The notes beneath the pieces were generated by a model. The model was not told the origin of the DNA and searched no databases. It saw only the letters and a list, made by a program, of their open reading frames with translations. This document shows, one piece after another, positions 17,211-26,173 of a stretch of DNA of 32,000 nt; positions within the stretch are counted from its first letter, which is position 1; each line of letters starts with the position of its first letter. Origin of the DNA: Candidatus Electronema halotolerans (lineage in GTDB: Bacteria; Desulfobacterota; Desulfobulbia; Desulfobulbales; Desulfobulbaceae); the NCBI GenBank assembly GCA_942493095.1, contig OW818675.1, positions 2,460,001-2,492,000 on the forward strand, read 5' to 3'. A program made the position numbers and the translations under genes.

Positions 17211-17307
17211 TCCGCTGCAACCTTTGTTCAGTCCTTTCTGTTCTTGATCGGACTGACATCTCCGCCTGTCACCCGGTGTTCTTTGCCGGAATTATTTTGA
17301 TGCAGCA

Positions 17308-18453
17308 TCAGGCAGCGGCAGGGCTGCTCAGTTTCATGGGCATGACGATGCCAAGAAAGCCGGGGTCTGCTGCCGAGCTGATCAGGCAGGGGCTTTCATC
17401 TGAATTGACTGCCGCAGAAATGGCATCGCCTTCCAGCACTTGCAGAGCCTCGATGAAGTAGCGGCAGTTGAAGCCCATACAGAGGTCATGGCCGCTGTAG
17501 GTGATCTCAATCTCATCCCGCGCTGAACCGAAGTCCGCATTCTCCGAGGTCAGAATCAGACGGTCGCCTTGGGCCTCAAAGCGGATGGCATGAAAGATGT
17601 CTTCGGTGAAGAGATTGATCCGCTTGAGCGACTCCAAGAAGAGCATTTTGTTGATGAACATGCTGTTGTCATGCGGCAGCGAGCGGAGAATGTTCTCAAA
17701 ATCCGGGAAATCACCCTCCATCAGCCGGATGACCAGAACCGCATTTTCGCTTTCCAGCACCAGCTTTTTCTGATCAACCCCTATCCGGCAGTTGTCCAAT
17801 TCCTCACAGAACTTGCGCATCTGCTGCACACCCCGGCGGGGAATGAGGATGCTCTGGCCAAAGTCCAGTCCGGCCAAGCCTGCCGCCTCCCGGTTCATGA
17901 TGCTCAGGCGGTGGCCGTCCGAAGTGACCATGCGCAGCACGGTCTTGCCGTCCTCGTCCCGCTTTTGCAGCAGGGCGGCGGTCAGATTGTACATGTTCTC
18001 CCGATCTGCCGCGATGGAGAACATGGTCTTGTCGATCAGCTCGCAGACCACCTCAGCCTCGATCTCAGCCAAGGCCTCCTCGTTGTAATATTCAAACTGG
18101 GGAAACTCCTCGCTCATCATCCCGGCCAGCCGATAGGTGCTGCTGCCTGCGGTGATCCGCACCCAGTTTTTGTCCTCCTCCTTGAAGTTGATCGTCTCAG
18201 AACTGGATTCACGGGCCAGTTCAAAGAGCTTTTTGGCAGGCATGGTTAGCGAACCCTCTTCAAAGACCTCAGCCGACACGGTCTGGCGCAGGCTGACTTC
18301 CAAGTCCGTGCCCGTGAAGACCGCCTCGCTGCTGCGGACTTCCAAGAGGACGTTGGAGAGAATGGCCAGCGTGCCCTTCTTGCTGGCAATGTTCTGCTGG
18401 GCACTGACCGCGCTCAAAAGGTCTTTCCGGGCGATGTTGAAATGGAACGGCAT
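17308..18453 (-). CDS. dnaN: DNA polymerase III beta sliding clamp
   Basis: Full-length 381 aa with beta-clamp features (ILSNVLLEV, SDGHRLS, GDFPDFENILRSLP, C-terminal IVMPMKL). Confidence 0.95.
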   Translation of the reverse strand: MPFHFNIARKDLLSAVSAQQNIASKKGTLAILSNVLLEVRSSEAVFTGTDLEVSLRQTVSAEVFEEGSLTMPAKKLFELARESSSETINFKEEDKNWVRITAGSSTYRLAGMMSEEFPQFEYYNEEALAEIEAEVVCELIDKTMFSIAADRENMYNLTAALLQKRDEDGKTVLRMVTSDGHRLSIMNREAAGLAGLDFGQSILIPRRGVQQMRKFCEELDNCRIGVDQKKLVLESENAVLVIRLMEGDFPDFENILRSLPHDNSMFINKMLFLESLKRINLFTEDIFHAIRFEAQGDRLILTSENADFGSARDEIEITYSGHDLCMGFNCRYFIEALQVLEGDAISAAVNSDESPCLISSAADPGFLGIVMPMKLSSPAAA

Positions 18454-18502
18454 AATAATAAGGTCCTTTATATAAAGGTTGTTGTTGTTGGGGCTGTTGA
18501 AA

Positions 18503-18660
18503 TTGTTGAAAACTAACCTAACTGTTTGATTTCAAACAACTCAGCCTGTTGATAACTTGTTAGTAACTTGTTGAAAACGGACGGTCTGCCCAAAGTTATC
18601 AACAGGCGACAACGAAGTTATCAACAGGTTACTAACAAGTTATTAACAAGTTTTCAACAC
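18503..18660. promoter_or_regulatory. Cluster of nine 11-bp DnaA-box-like repeats; candidate replication origin
   Basis: Reverse orientation at 18503-18513, 18546-18556, 18557-18567 and 18568-18578; forward at 18595-18605, 18617-18627, 18628-18638, 18639-18649 and 18650-18660. Units are GTTATCAACAG, GTTACTAACAA, GTTATTAACAA, GTTTTCAACAA and GTTTTCAACAC. Confidence 0.75.
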
Positions 18661-18793
18661 CCCCTGCGCGGGGCCAACTATACCAATTTGCGGGGCTGGT
18701 GACGAACTTTTTCCGTGCCCCAGGGCGCGGCACTGTTGCAATTTTTCGGCAATTCGGTTAAGTCAATCAACCAACATCAACCGCGCCCTGTCC

Positions 18794-20443
18794 ATGCTCC
18801 ATCTGATCAGTCTCAACTGCCGCTACACCCATTCCTGTCTGGCTCAGTTCTGCGTCCGGGCTGTCCTGCAAGGCCGCTTGCCGGAGATGCGGCTGCGTTT
18901 CAGCCAGCTCACCATCAATGATCCCTATTATCCGACCCTGCTGCGGATCAGCGGGCCAGAGGCGCAGGCTGTGCTTTTTTCCGTCTATGTCTGGAATCAT
19001 GCCTATATCAGCCGCCTGATCAACGATCTTGCCCGCCTGCGGCCAGCTCTGCCAGTCATCCTTGGCGGCCCGCAAGCTGAGGCGATGGAGAATCTGCCGC
19101 CCAACTGCACGGTCTTTGTTGGGGAAATCGAAGGAGCTGGTGATGACTTTTTCCACGACTTGCAGGCCGGAACCCTCAAGCCTGTTTATAACGCACAACC
19201 GAGCCGCAGCTTTCCTTCGCCCTATCAGCCGGAAGATTTCACCAGCTATCTGCAAAACCGGCAGGTTTATTACGAGTCCTCACGCGGCTGCCCCTTTTCC
19301 TGCTCATATTGCCTGTCTTCCATCTCCAAGGGCGTGCGCCATAAGCCGTTGGAGGTGGTCAAGGAGGAGCTGCGCCGCCTGATTGCGGCCAAGCCGCTGA
19401 TCATCAAGCTGATTGACCGCACCTTCAACGACAGCCCGGAACGCGCCTTGGCAATCTGGCGATTCCTGCTCGAAGAGGCCGATGGAGTCCGCTTTCATTT
19501 TGAAATTGCCCCAGACCGCTTCACCGAAGCGATGTTTGCTCTGCTGGCGCAAACGCCCTGCGGCCTGTTTCAGTTTGAGATCGGCATTCAGAGCTGCAAC
19601 GAGCAGACTTTGGCCGCAGTCAGGCGGCGCATGGATGCGGCACAAGCTGAGGCGAACATCCGCCGCCTTGTCGCCTTGGACACCATTCATATTCACGCTG
19701 ACCTGATTCTTGGCCTGCCTTTTGAGACTGCGGCAAGTTTTTTTGACTCCTTCAACCGGGTTTTTCGCAGCAGGCCGCATCATATTCAGCTCGGCCTGCT
19801 CAAAGTGCTGCCCGGCACCGAAATGCGGCAGCGGGCTGATGAATTCGGCCTGATCTTTTGCAGCGAGCCGCCTTATGAGGTGCTGGCCACCCGCTGGCTG
19901 CCGCATGAGGAGCTGCGCGAGCTGCATGAATTCTGCGAATGCGTGGAGTCCTTTGTCAACAACCGCTTTTACCCTTCGCTCTGGCAGCATCTCCGGCAGT
20001 GCGGCGAGGAGCCGTCCGCCTTTTTCCACAGCCTGCTTGCCATCTGTCGGCAGCATGACTTTTTTCGTCTGGCGCACACCCAGGCCTTCATGAGCAAGCT
20101 CTTGGCCGAGCTGGCCCGGCAGCGCAAGGACAGCACTCTCCTGCTTGATCTGCTCCGTTATGACTGGCTGCGCAGCGGCCATCGCGCCCTGCCGGACGAG
20201 CTGACAGAAATTTCTCAGCCAGAGCTGCGCGACCGCCTGCGCCGAACTCTGCCGCAGGACATGGCAGGGCTGTTTTCCAGCCGCACCCGGACAGCGTTTC
20301 TCAAGCAATCCGTTTTTCTGGAACTGTCGGCTCAGGCAATGGCGGTGCTGGGGCTGGGAAAGGAAGCTGACCTGCTGGCTGTGCTGCCGGAGCAAGGCAG
20401 CGGTGTGCTGCCGTTCAACAAGACAGCACTCTTGCCGCTCTGA
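18794..20443 (+). CDS. B12-binding-domain radical SAM protein (DUF4080-containing type)
   Basis: Radical SAM motif ESSRGCPFSCSYCLSS; N-terminal cobalamin-binding-like region with VILGGPQA; EIGIQSCNEQTL; HADLILGLPFET. Confidence 0.9.
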   Translation: MLHLISLNCRYTHSCLAQFCVRAVLQGRLPEMRLRFSQLTINDPYYPTLLRISGPEAQAVLFSVYVWNHAYISRLINDLARLRPALPVILGGPQAEAMENLPPNCTVFVGEIEGAGDDFFHDLQAGTLKPVYNAQPSRSFPSPYQPEDFTSYLQNRQVYYESSRGCPFSCSYCLSSISKGVRHKPLEVVKEELRRLIAAKPLIIKLIDRTFNDSPERALAIWRFLLEEADGVRFHFEIAPDRFTEAMFALLAQTPCGLFQFEIGIQSCNEQTLAAVRRRMDAAQAEANIRRLVALDTIHIHADLILGLPFETAASFFDSFNRVFRSRPHHIQLGLLKVLPGTEMRQRADEFGLIFCSEPPYEVLATRWLPHEELRELHEFCECVESFVNNRFYPSLWQHLRQCGEEPSAFFHSLLAICRQHDFFRLAHTQAFMSKLLAELARQRKDSTLLLDLLRYDWLRSGHRALPDELTEISQPELRDRLRRTLPQDMAGLFSSRTRTAFLKQSVFLELSAQAMAVLGLGKEADLLAVLPEQGSGVLPFNKTALLPL

Positions 20444-20544
20444 TGAACGTCTTCTTGAAGCTGCGGCCACAAATTTCTTGACAGCCATGCGCTGCCGGTT
20501 TAGGATGAATTTTTTTTATGGTTATCTCAAACAGTTGAGCAGCT

Positions 20545-21264
20545 ATGAGCACTATGGGATCAATTCAAAGGCGGCATGAAGTCATGACGCTGCCTGTCTG
20601 CTTCGAGGAAAATCACATTGTTCTGTACAGGAAAGACGGCATGACACGGGCTGTAAGCAAGAGCGCGCTGCTCCGCAAAGAGCGGCTGGCGGCCCGCGAC
20701 CAGCTTGACCCAATCAGCCGCTGCGAGATGAGCTGGCGCATCCACCGCCTGCTGCTTGACTGCCCGGCAGCAGCAGCGGCAGAGCATTTTTTTCTCTACG
20801 TCCACTTCCGCAGCGAGGTCGAGACCCTGTCCCTGCTGACCAAGCTGCTTGCAGCCGGCAGGACCGTGTCTGTGCCGCTCACCCTGCGGCGGGAGGGTAG
20901 GCTTCTGGCTGTGCGAATCACTGACCCGGCCAGCCAACTCAGGCCGGGCTGCTTCGGCATTCTTGAACCAAGTCAGCAGCAGACGGCGCAGGCCATGATC
21001 AATCCGGGAGAAATTGACATCGCCTTGGTGCCGGGATCAGTCTTTGACCGGCGGGGCGGCAGACTTGGCTACGGCGGCGGCTTCTACGACCGCTTCCTCA
21101 GTCAGGACGCGCCGCAGGCCCTACGCGTCGGCTTGGCCTTTGCCATGCAGCTAACCGACCGGGTGCCGCTGAAGCCGCATGATCAGCTTATGGACATGCT
21201 TGTCACCGAAGAACAGCTTTATGAATGCCGGAGGAACCGCCATGCGCAGGACAGCCATTTATAG
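20545..21264 (+). CDS. 5-formyltetrahydrofolate cyclo-ligase family protein
   Basis: C-terminal LVPGSVFDRRGGRLGYGGGFYDRFL...VGLAFAMQL and RKERLAARDQLDP near the N-terminus. Confidence 0.88.
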   Translation: MSTMGSIQRRHEVMTLPVCFEENHIVLYRKDGMTRAVSKSALLRKERLAARDQLDPISRCEMSWRIHRLLLDCPAAAAAEHFFLYVHFRSEVETLSLLTKLLAAGRTVSVPLTLRREGRLLAVRITDPASQLRPGCFGILEPSQQQTAQAMINPGEIDIALVPGSVFDRRGGRLGYGGGFYDRFLSQDAPQALRVGLAFAMQLTDRVPLKPHDQLMDMLVTEEQLYECRRNRHAQDSHL

Positions 21265-22306
21265 AGACAACCTTTTTCTGGAACATCAGCCCGGCTGGGG
21301 CCACCCGGAATCACCGGAACGGCTGCGGGCGGTTTATGACGCGCTGGACAGGGAGGAGATTGGCAGCCGCTTCATTTATCCGCAGTTCAGCCCGGTCTCA
21401 GCGGATATCCTCCAGTTCAATCATTCTGCCGCCTTAGTCCGGCGGGTGGCGGCCACTCAAGGCTTGCCGCACGACGCGCTTGATCCTGATACCCGCACCT
21501 CAGCCCGCTCGCACGAGGCGGCCTGCCTTGCGGTCGGCGCGCTGACCGACGGCATTGACCGCATTTTTCGGGGCGAGCTGGACAATGCCTTCTGCTTAGT
21601 CAGGCCGCCGGGCCATCATGCGGAGCGGAGCCAGTCAATGGGCTTCTGTCTCTACAACAACGTGGCTGTGGCCGCGAGCTGGGCCTTGCGCGAGCTGGGC
21701 TTGGAGCGGATCATGATTGTGGATTGGGACCTGCACCACGGCAATGGCACGCAGGAGAGCTTTTACGACACCGACAAGGTCCTCTATCTGTCCATGCACC
21801 AGTATCCCTATTATCCAGGCACCGGAGCAGTGCTGGAGCATGGCGCTGGCATGGGCCAAGGCATGTCGGTCAATGTGCCGCTGCCCGGTGGGCAGGGTGA
21901 CATGGAGTACGCCCGGATCATCAACGAGCTGGCTGTGCCGCTGGCGCGGGCCTATCAGCCGGACGTGATTCTGGTCTCCTGCGGCTTTGACATCTGCGCG
22001 AACGATCCGCTCGGGGCCATGCAAGTGACAACGGCGGGCATTGCTTGGATGACCAGAGCCTTGGTCAAGGTGGCGGAAGAGGTTTGCAATGGCAGACTGC
22101 TGGTGACACTGGAGGGCGGCTATGATCTGACTGCCATGCGCAACGGCTCCTTAGCCGTGCTGGCCGAACTGAGCGGAGAAAAGATCATCTGTCCGTGGCC
22201 GGTCAATCTCTCAGCGGAACAGGCTGAACAGTTTGCCCAAGCCAAAGCCCCATGTCCCTTCTTGGAACAGACCCTCCAGGTCTGCCGGAACTTCTGGAGC
22301 GTATGA
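21242..22306 (+). CDS. Histone deacetylase / acetoin utilization (AcuC-like) family protein
   Basis: RPPGHHAERSQSMGFCLYNNVAVAA, IMIVDWDLHHGNGTQESFY, SCGFDICANDPLGAM, LEGGYDL. Start at MRRTAIYRDNLF. Confidence 0.93.
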   Translation: MRRTAIYRDNLFLEHQPGWGHPESPERLRAVYDALDREEIGSRFIYPQFSPVSADILQFNHSAALVRRVAATQGLPHDALDPDTRTSARSHEAACLAVGALTDGIDRIFRGELDNAFCLVRPPGHHAERSQSMGFCLYNNVAVAASWALRELGLERIMIVDWDLHHGNGTQESFYDTDKVLYLSMHQYPYYPGTGAVLEHGAGMGQGMSVNVPLPGGQGDMEYARIINELAVPLARAYQPDVILVSCGFDICANDPLGAMQVTTAGIAWMTRALVKVAEEVCNGRLLVTLEGGYDLTAMRNGSLAVLAELSGEKIICPWPVNLSAEQAEQFAQAKAPCPFLEQTLQVCRNFWSV

Positions 22307-22954
22307 CGGCTCCTTGGCCTCTATGGCGACAAACTCGCGCTCCGGCAGGAGCAGGGCGGTCAGTTTGCCGCCATAGACTGCGCCAGTGTCAATGCCGATC
22401 TTGTTGCGCTGCACCAGCGGCTTTCTGAAAATGGTGTGACCAAAGACGACTAACTTGTCAAAGCGATGCTGGCTGCGGATGAACTCGTCCCTGATCCAGA
22501 GGCAGCAGCCCGCGACTTGGCGGCTGAGATGCACGCCCGGCTCCAGGCCGGCATGAACATAGATGCCGTAGGGGTCTTCCCAGTGCAGGGGCAGATTCTC
22601 AAAGAAGTCCTTATGCTCTGGCGGGAGCAGCTTGGCCACCTCTTCCGGCGCGTTGTCCGGGCTGATGCCGTAGCTGGCCAAGGTCTCCTGTCCGCCTGCA
22701 TTGAGAAAGACCGAGGCATCATAGCCGTTGAGATAATCAAGCAGCATCCGTTCATGATTACCCATCAGGGCGATGGTCCGGGGATGGGTTGTGCGGAAGT
22801 CCAAGATGCGGTCAACCACGCCTTTGGAGTCTGGGCCTCGGTCAATGTAATCGCCGAGAAAGATGAACGAGTCGGCCCGCTGCTCAACCAAGGTCAGGAG
22901 TTCAGTCAGGGTCTCGCAGCAGCCGTGAATGTCGCCGATGATGCAGGTGCTCAT
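22211..22954 (-). CDS. Metallophosphoesterase, serine/threonine phosphatase-like / ApaH-like
   Basis: GDIHGC, GDYIDRGPDSKGV, MGNHERMLLDYL, VFGHTIF. Confidence 0.92.
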   Translation of the reverse strand: MSTCIIGDIHGCCETLTELLTLVEQRADSFIFLGDYIDRGPDSKGVVDRILDFRTTHPRTIALMGNHERMLLDYLNGYDASVFLNAGGQETLASYGISPDNAPEEVAKLLPPEHKDFFENLPLHWEDPYGIYVHAGLEPGVHLSRQVAGCCLWIRDEFIRSQHRFDKLVVFGHTIFRKPLVQRNKIGIDTGAVYGGKLTALLLPEREFVAIEAKEPSYAPEVPADLEGLFQEGTWGFGLGKLFSLFR

Positions 22955-23096
22955 ACGCTTCGTTGGTGCGGAAAAGTAATTTTCTGATCAGCTTACCGCA
23001 GATGTCTGTTTTCCGCAAGCGCGCCGCCATGATCACTGATACGATGAAAAAAACAATCCGCTGCTGCGGCAGCTTCCCTTTTTCAAGGAGACAGCA

Positions 23097-23975
23097 ATGA
23101 CGGACATGAACGGACAGCTGATCGGCAGGGCCGAGGTCATCGCCTTGGCCACAGACGGCTCCTCCTGCACAGACGGCGCAGTGCAGGAGGCTGTTTTTCT
23201 TGCCCAGACCTGCGGGGCACGGTTAGTTGTGCTGTATGTCATCCCGATTGATTCAGAATCAGCAATGGGCGCGCAGGCCTTTTCCGAAGTCGTGCGGGAT
23301 GAAATCAGCGGCCATATTGACAGCATTGAGAAAATGGCCAAGGATGCGGACAGGCCCTGCAAGGTGCTGATCGAGGAATCTTATCAGCCGGACAAGACCA
23401 TTGTCGAGTTGGCCTGGCAGGAGAAGGCGGACATCCTGATCATGGGCCGTCACGGCAGAACTGGCCTGCTCAAACTCTTGGTCGGCAGCATGACCGCCAA
23501 GGTGATCGGCCATCGCTTTCCCAAGGTGCTGGTGGTGCCCCGTGGTTTCTCCCTTGGCGGGGAAAAAATCTTAGTGGCAGTGGATGGGTCCAAGGCCAGT
23601 GACCGGGCCGCGGCTGAAGCGGTGGGCATGAGCACGCATTGCACCTATCTCAAGGAGGTGTATGTGGTCTCTGTGGCCTCGTCTGAAGACGGGCTGGCCC
23701 ATGCTCAGGAGCTGGCCGAGGCGGTCTGCGCCCAAGGCCGGGCCAAGGCACCGCATGTCACCTTCCATGCCCTGACCCCAGTCGGCAAACATGCGCCGGA
23801 TATCATTGCTGACTTGGCCAAGGAGAACAGCGTTGACATGATATTGGTGGGAGGCTATGGCAAGGGTCTGACCAAGCTGCTCATGGGCCATGTCACGGAA
23901 AAGGTCATTGGCAAGGCCCACTGCGCCGTGCTGGTCTTGGATGCGCAAGAAGAGGTGATGGCAAGCTCTGCATGA
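23097..23975 (+). CDS. Universal stress protein with two tandem UspA domains
   Basis: Domain 1: VIALATDGSSCTDGAVQEAVFLAQ...LIMGRHGRTGLLKLLVGSMTAKVI. Domain 2: ILVAVDGSKASDRAAAEAVGMS...ILVGGYGKGLTKLLMGHVTEKVI. Confidence 0.93.
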   Translation: MTDMNGQLIGRAEVIALATDGSSCTDGAVQEAVFLAQTCGARLVVLYVIPIDSESAMGAQAFSEVVRDEISGHIDSIEKMAKDADRPCKVLIEESYQPDKTIVELAWQEKADILIMGRHGRTGLLKLLVGSMTAKVIGHRFPKVLVVPRGFSLGGEKILVAVDGSKASDRAAAEAVGMSTHCTYLKEVYVVSVASSEDGLAHAQELAEAVCAQGRAKAPHVTFHALTPVGKHAPDIIADLAKENSVDMILVGGYGKGLTKLLMGHVTEKVIGKAHCAVLVLDAQEEVMASSA

Positions 23976-23988
23976 TCTGAAAAGACAG

Positions 23989-24013
23989 GAGCCGGACAAG
24001 CATTGCCCGGCTC
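23989..24013. repeat. Hairpin repeat copy 1
   Basis: GAGCCGGACAAGCATTGCCCGGCTC; one mismatch from the 25753-25777 copy. Confidence 0.8.
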
Positions 24014-24146
24014 GCTATCCAAATCGATCATGGAGGCATGATCGTGGCTGTGGTTTTTAGCTCAGGATTTCGTCATGCTCAATCCACAGGGGCAGATAGT
24101 GATTGAGAAAGGACAGCCCTTTTGCTGTATCCTATTTTCATGACGT

Positions 24147-24494
24147 TTAAAGGTGCTGCAGCAGCGCGGCCTGCTCTTTGCCCTGCGCTTTGATCACCGC
24201 CTCCACGCAGTTCATGAAGTTCAGCAGGCATGGAACTTTAAGCCGGTAGAAGACTTGCTTGCCCCGCTTGTCAACTTCGACAATCCCGGCCTGCTTGAGC
24301 ACGGCAAGGTGCTTGGAGATGGTGGAAAAGTCGAAGTCCATCATTTCGACAAACTCGCAGACGCATTTCTCGCCACCTGCAAGCTGCTCGGCCATCCACA
24401 GCCGGGTTGGGTGTGCAAGAGCCTTGAGCACAGATGCCTTGGCCTTATACAGCATCTTTTCCTGTTCGTTCATGGATATTTTTTGGCGCGGCAT
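24147..24494 (-). CDS. ArsR/SmtB-family transcriptional regulator
   Basis: KALAHPTRLWMAEQLAGGEKCVCEFVEMMDFDFSTISKHLAVLKQAGIVEVDKRGKQVFYRL. Confidence 0.93.
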   Translation of the reverse strand: MPRQKISMNEQEKMLYKAKASVLKALAHPTRLWMAEQLAGGEKCVCEFVEMMDFDFSTISKHLAVLKQAGIVEVDKRGKQVFYRLKVPCLLNFMNCVEAVIKAQGKEQAALLQHL

Positions 24495-24497
24495 CAG

Positions 24498-25559
24498 TTA
24501 AAACAACAGATTAAACAGCCAGCCTGTGAAGAGGATGCCGGTTCCGACCACAGCGGCAAAGACGGCGATCAGCTTGGGCTTGAGCACCTTGCGGAGAATG
24601 ACCATTTCCGGCAGGGACAGAGCGATCACGCTCATCATGAAAGCCAGCACCGTGCCAAGCGCCGCGCCCTTGCCGAGCAGAGCCTCCATCACCGGCACGA
24701 TGCCGGCAGCGTTCGAGTACATGGGAATGCCGAGCAGCACTGCCGCAGGCACGGCCCACCAGCTCTCCTTGCCCATGATCGCGGCCATGAAATCCTGCGG
24801 CACATAGCCATGCACTGCCGCGCCGACCGCAATGCCGGCAATCACATAGAGCCAGACCTTGCCAACAATCTCGCGCACCGCTGTTTTGCCCATTTCCACC
24901 CGGTCGAGCCATGTCAGCCTGCGTTCAATGACAATTTCCCGAACATTCCGCATGTCCTGCACCCAGTCCTCAATCCAATGCTCCAGATGGAGGCGGCCTA
25001 TGATCCAGCCGCAGCAGATGGCAATCGCCAGCCCAGAGCCAAGATAAATGGCGGCAGCCCGCCAGCCGAGCAGGCCATAAAGCAGGACCAAGGCGATTTC
25101 ATTGATCATGGGCGCGGCAATAAGAAAGGAGAAGGTCACGCCGAGCGGAATGCCAGCCTGAACAAAGCCGAGAAAGAGCGGCACTGCCGAGCAGGAGCAG
25201 AAGGGCGTGACAATGCCGAGCAGGGCGGCCAGCACATTGCCGACCGCCTCCTTCCGGCCTGCCAGATGCCTGCGGGCGCGCTCCTTGGTGAAGAAGGAGC
25301 GGATCATGCCGACAACAAAAACAATCAGGGTCAGCAGGAGCATGACCTTGGGCGTGTCATAGACAAAGAACTGCACAGCCTCGCCAAGATGACTGCCTTG
25401 CTTCAAGCCCAGCAGCGCATAGGCGAAGAAGTGCGAGAACGGCAGGAGCAGGCTGTAGAGAAGATACCAGAGGGCAAGGCCGACGATGCCAAGCAGCAGC
25501 ATCCGCCTTTTGCTCATCATTGCTTGTTTCGTGCCGCCGTCTGACTGAATGGATTCCAT
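24498..25559 (-). CDS. Permease (DUF318/ArsP-like family)
   Basis: Multiple TM segments, GIVTPFCSCSAVPLFLGFVQAGIPLGVTFSFLIAAPMINE, and IPMYSNAAGIVPVMEALLGKGAALGTVLAFMMSVIALSLPEMVILR. Confidence 0.92.
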   Translation of the reverse strand: MESIQSDGGTKQAMMSKRRMLLLGIVGLALWYLLYSLLLPFSHFFAYALLGLKQGSHLGEAVQFFVYDTPKVMLLLTLIVFVVGMIRSFFTKERARRHLAGRKEAVGNVLAALLGIVTPFCSCSAVPLFLGFVQAGIPLGVTFSFLIAAPMINEIALVLLYGLLGWRAAAIYLGSGLAIAICCGWIIGRLHLEHWIEDWVQDMRNVREIVIERRLTWLDRVEMGKTAVREIVGKVWLYVIAGIAVGAAVHGYVPQDFMAAIMGKESWWAVPAAVLLGIPMYSNAAGIVPVMEALLGKGAALGTVLAFMMSVIALSLPEMVILRKVLKPKLIAVFAAVVGTGILFTGWLFNLLF

Positions 25560-25638
25560 AGCATTCCTCGCTGATCAAACAAATGGTGAAAGGGCCTAAA
25601 TTTGCAAGCAAACTACGCAAGGGCTTGCGGCCTTGGCT

Positions 25639-25670
25639 ACACTTGCATATTTGGCATAATATGCAAGTGT
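25639..25670. promoter_or_regulatory. Perfect 12-bp inverted repeat, candidate ArsR-type operator upstream of permease-arsR
   Basis: ACACTTGCATAT (25639-25650), 8-nt spacer TTGGCATA, ATATGCAAGTGT (25659-25670), 80 bp upstream of the permease start codon. Confidence 0.7.
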
Positions 25671-25752
25671 CAGAGGCGTGTCAAGATAATTTTTTCTCTT
25701 TCTCATACTCCAGCATGGGAACCGCAGGCGGATCAGACCTGCGAAAAGAAAA

Positions 25753-25777
25753 GAGCCGGACAATCATTGCCCGGCTC
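25753..25777. repeat. Hairpin repeat copy 2
   Basis: GAGCCGGACAATCATTGCCCGGCTC; flanked by AA and TT, which extend the stem. Confidence 0.8.
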
Positions 25778-26173
25778 TTGACACTTACTCTGATTTTTTG
25801 CTCCATCGCTCTGCGCCTCCGGTGATGATTCACAAGAAATTTCCCGGACAGCAGAAAAGCAAGTAAACAATACTATTGAGTTTTATTCAAGTCTTTTATT
25901 CAGCATGGTCGATTTTGAACATCGTTGCGCCGCGCTGAAAAAAATTACCGAAACATTGTTTTCATCTGCCAAGTTAAATTTCTGACAGAAATATATTACA
26001 CTTTTTTGTCTGAAATGTCAAAATGTTGATTTTAAGTAAAGTGTATTTTTATTGCATTAGATTCACGGATTCAGGAGTATTTTAGGACTTAACAGCCCTG
26101 CCCGTGCAGCGCACTGGAATAACAGGGAAACACCGGGCGGCCACAGAGGGCCGCCCCTGCCGGAAAGAGACAG

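Noticed and set aside
24153-25544. 463-aa plus-strand ORF and similar long antisense ORFs (62..856 +, 28021..29430 -, 19304..20488 -, 3185..3907 +, 9100..11817 + set)
   Set aside because: They lie opposite well-supported genes (permease/arsR, relA, proB, radical SAM, hoxH, DUF2254) and have unusual Gln/His/Arg-rich compositions typical of shadow ORFs in GC-rich DNA.
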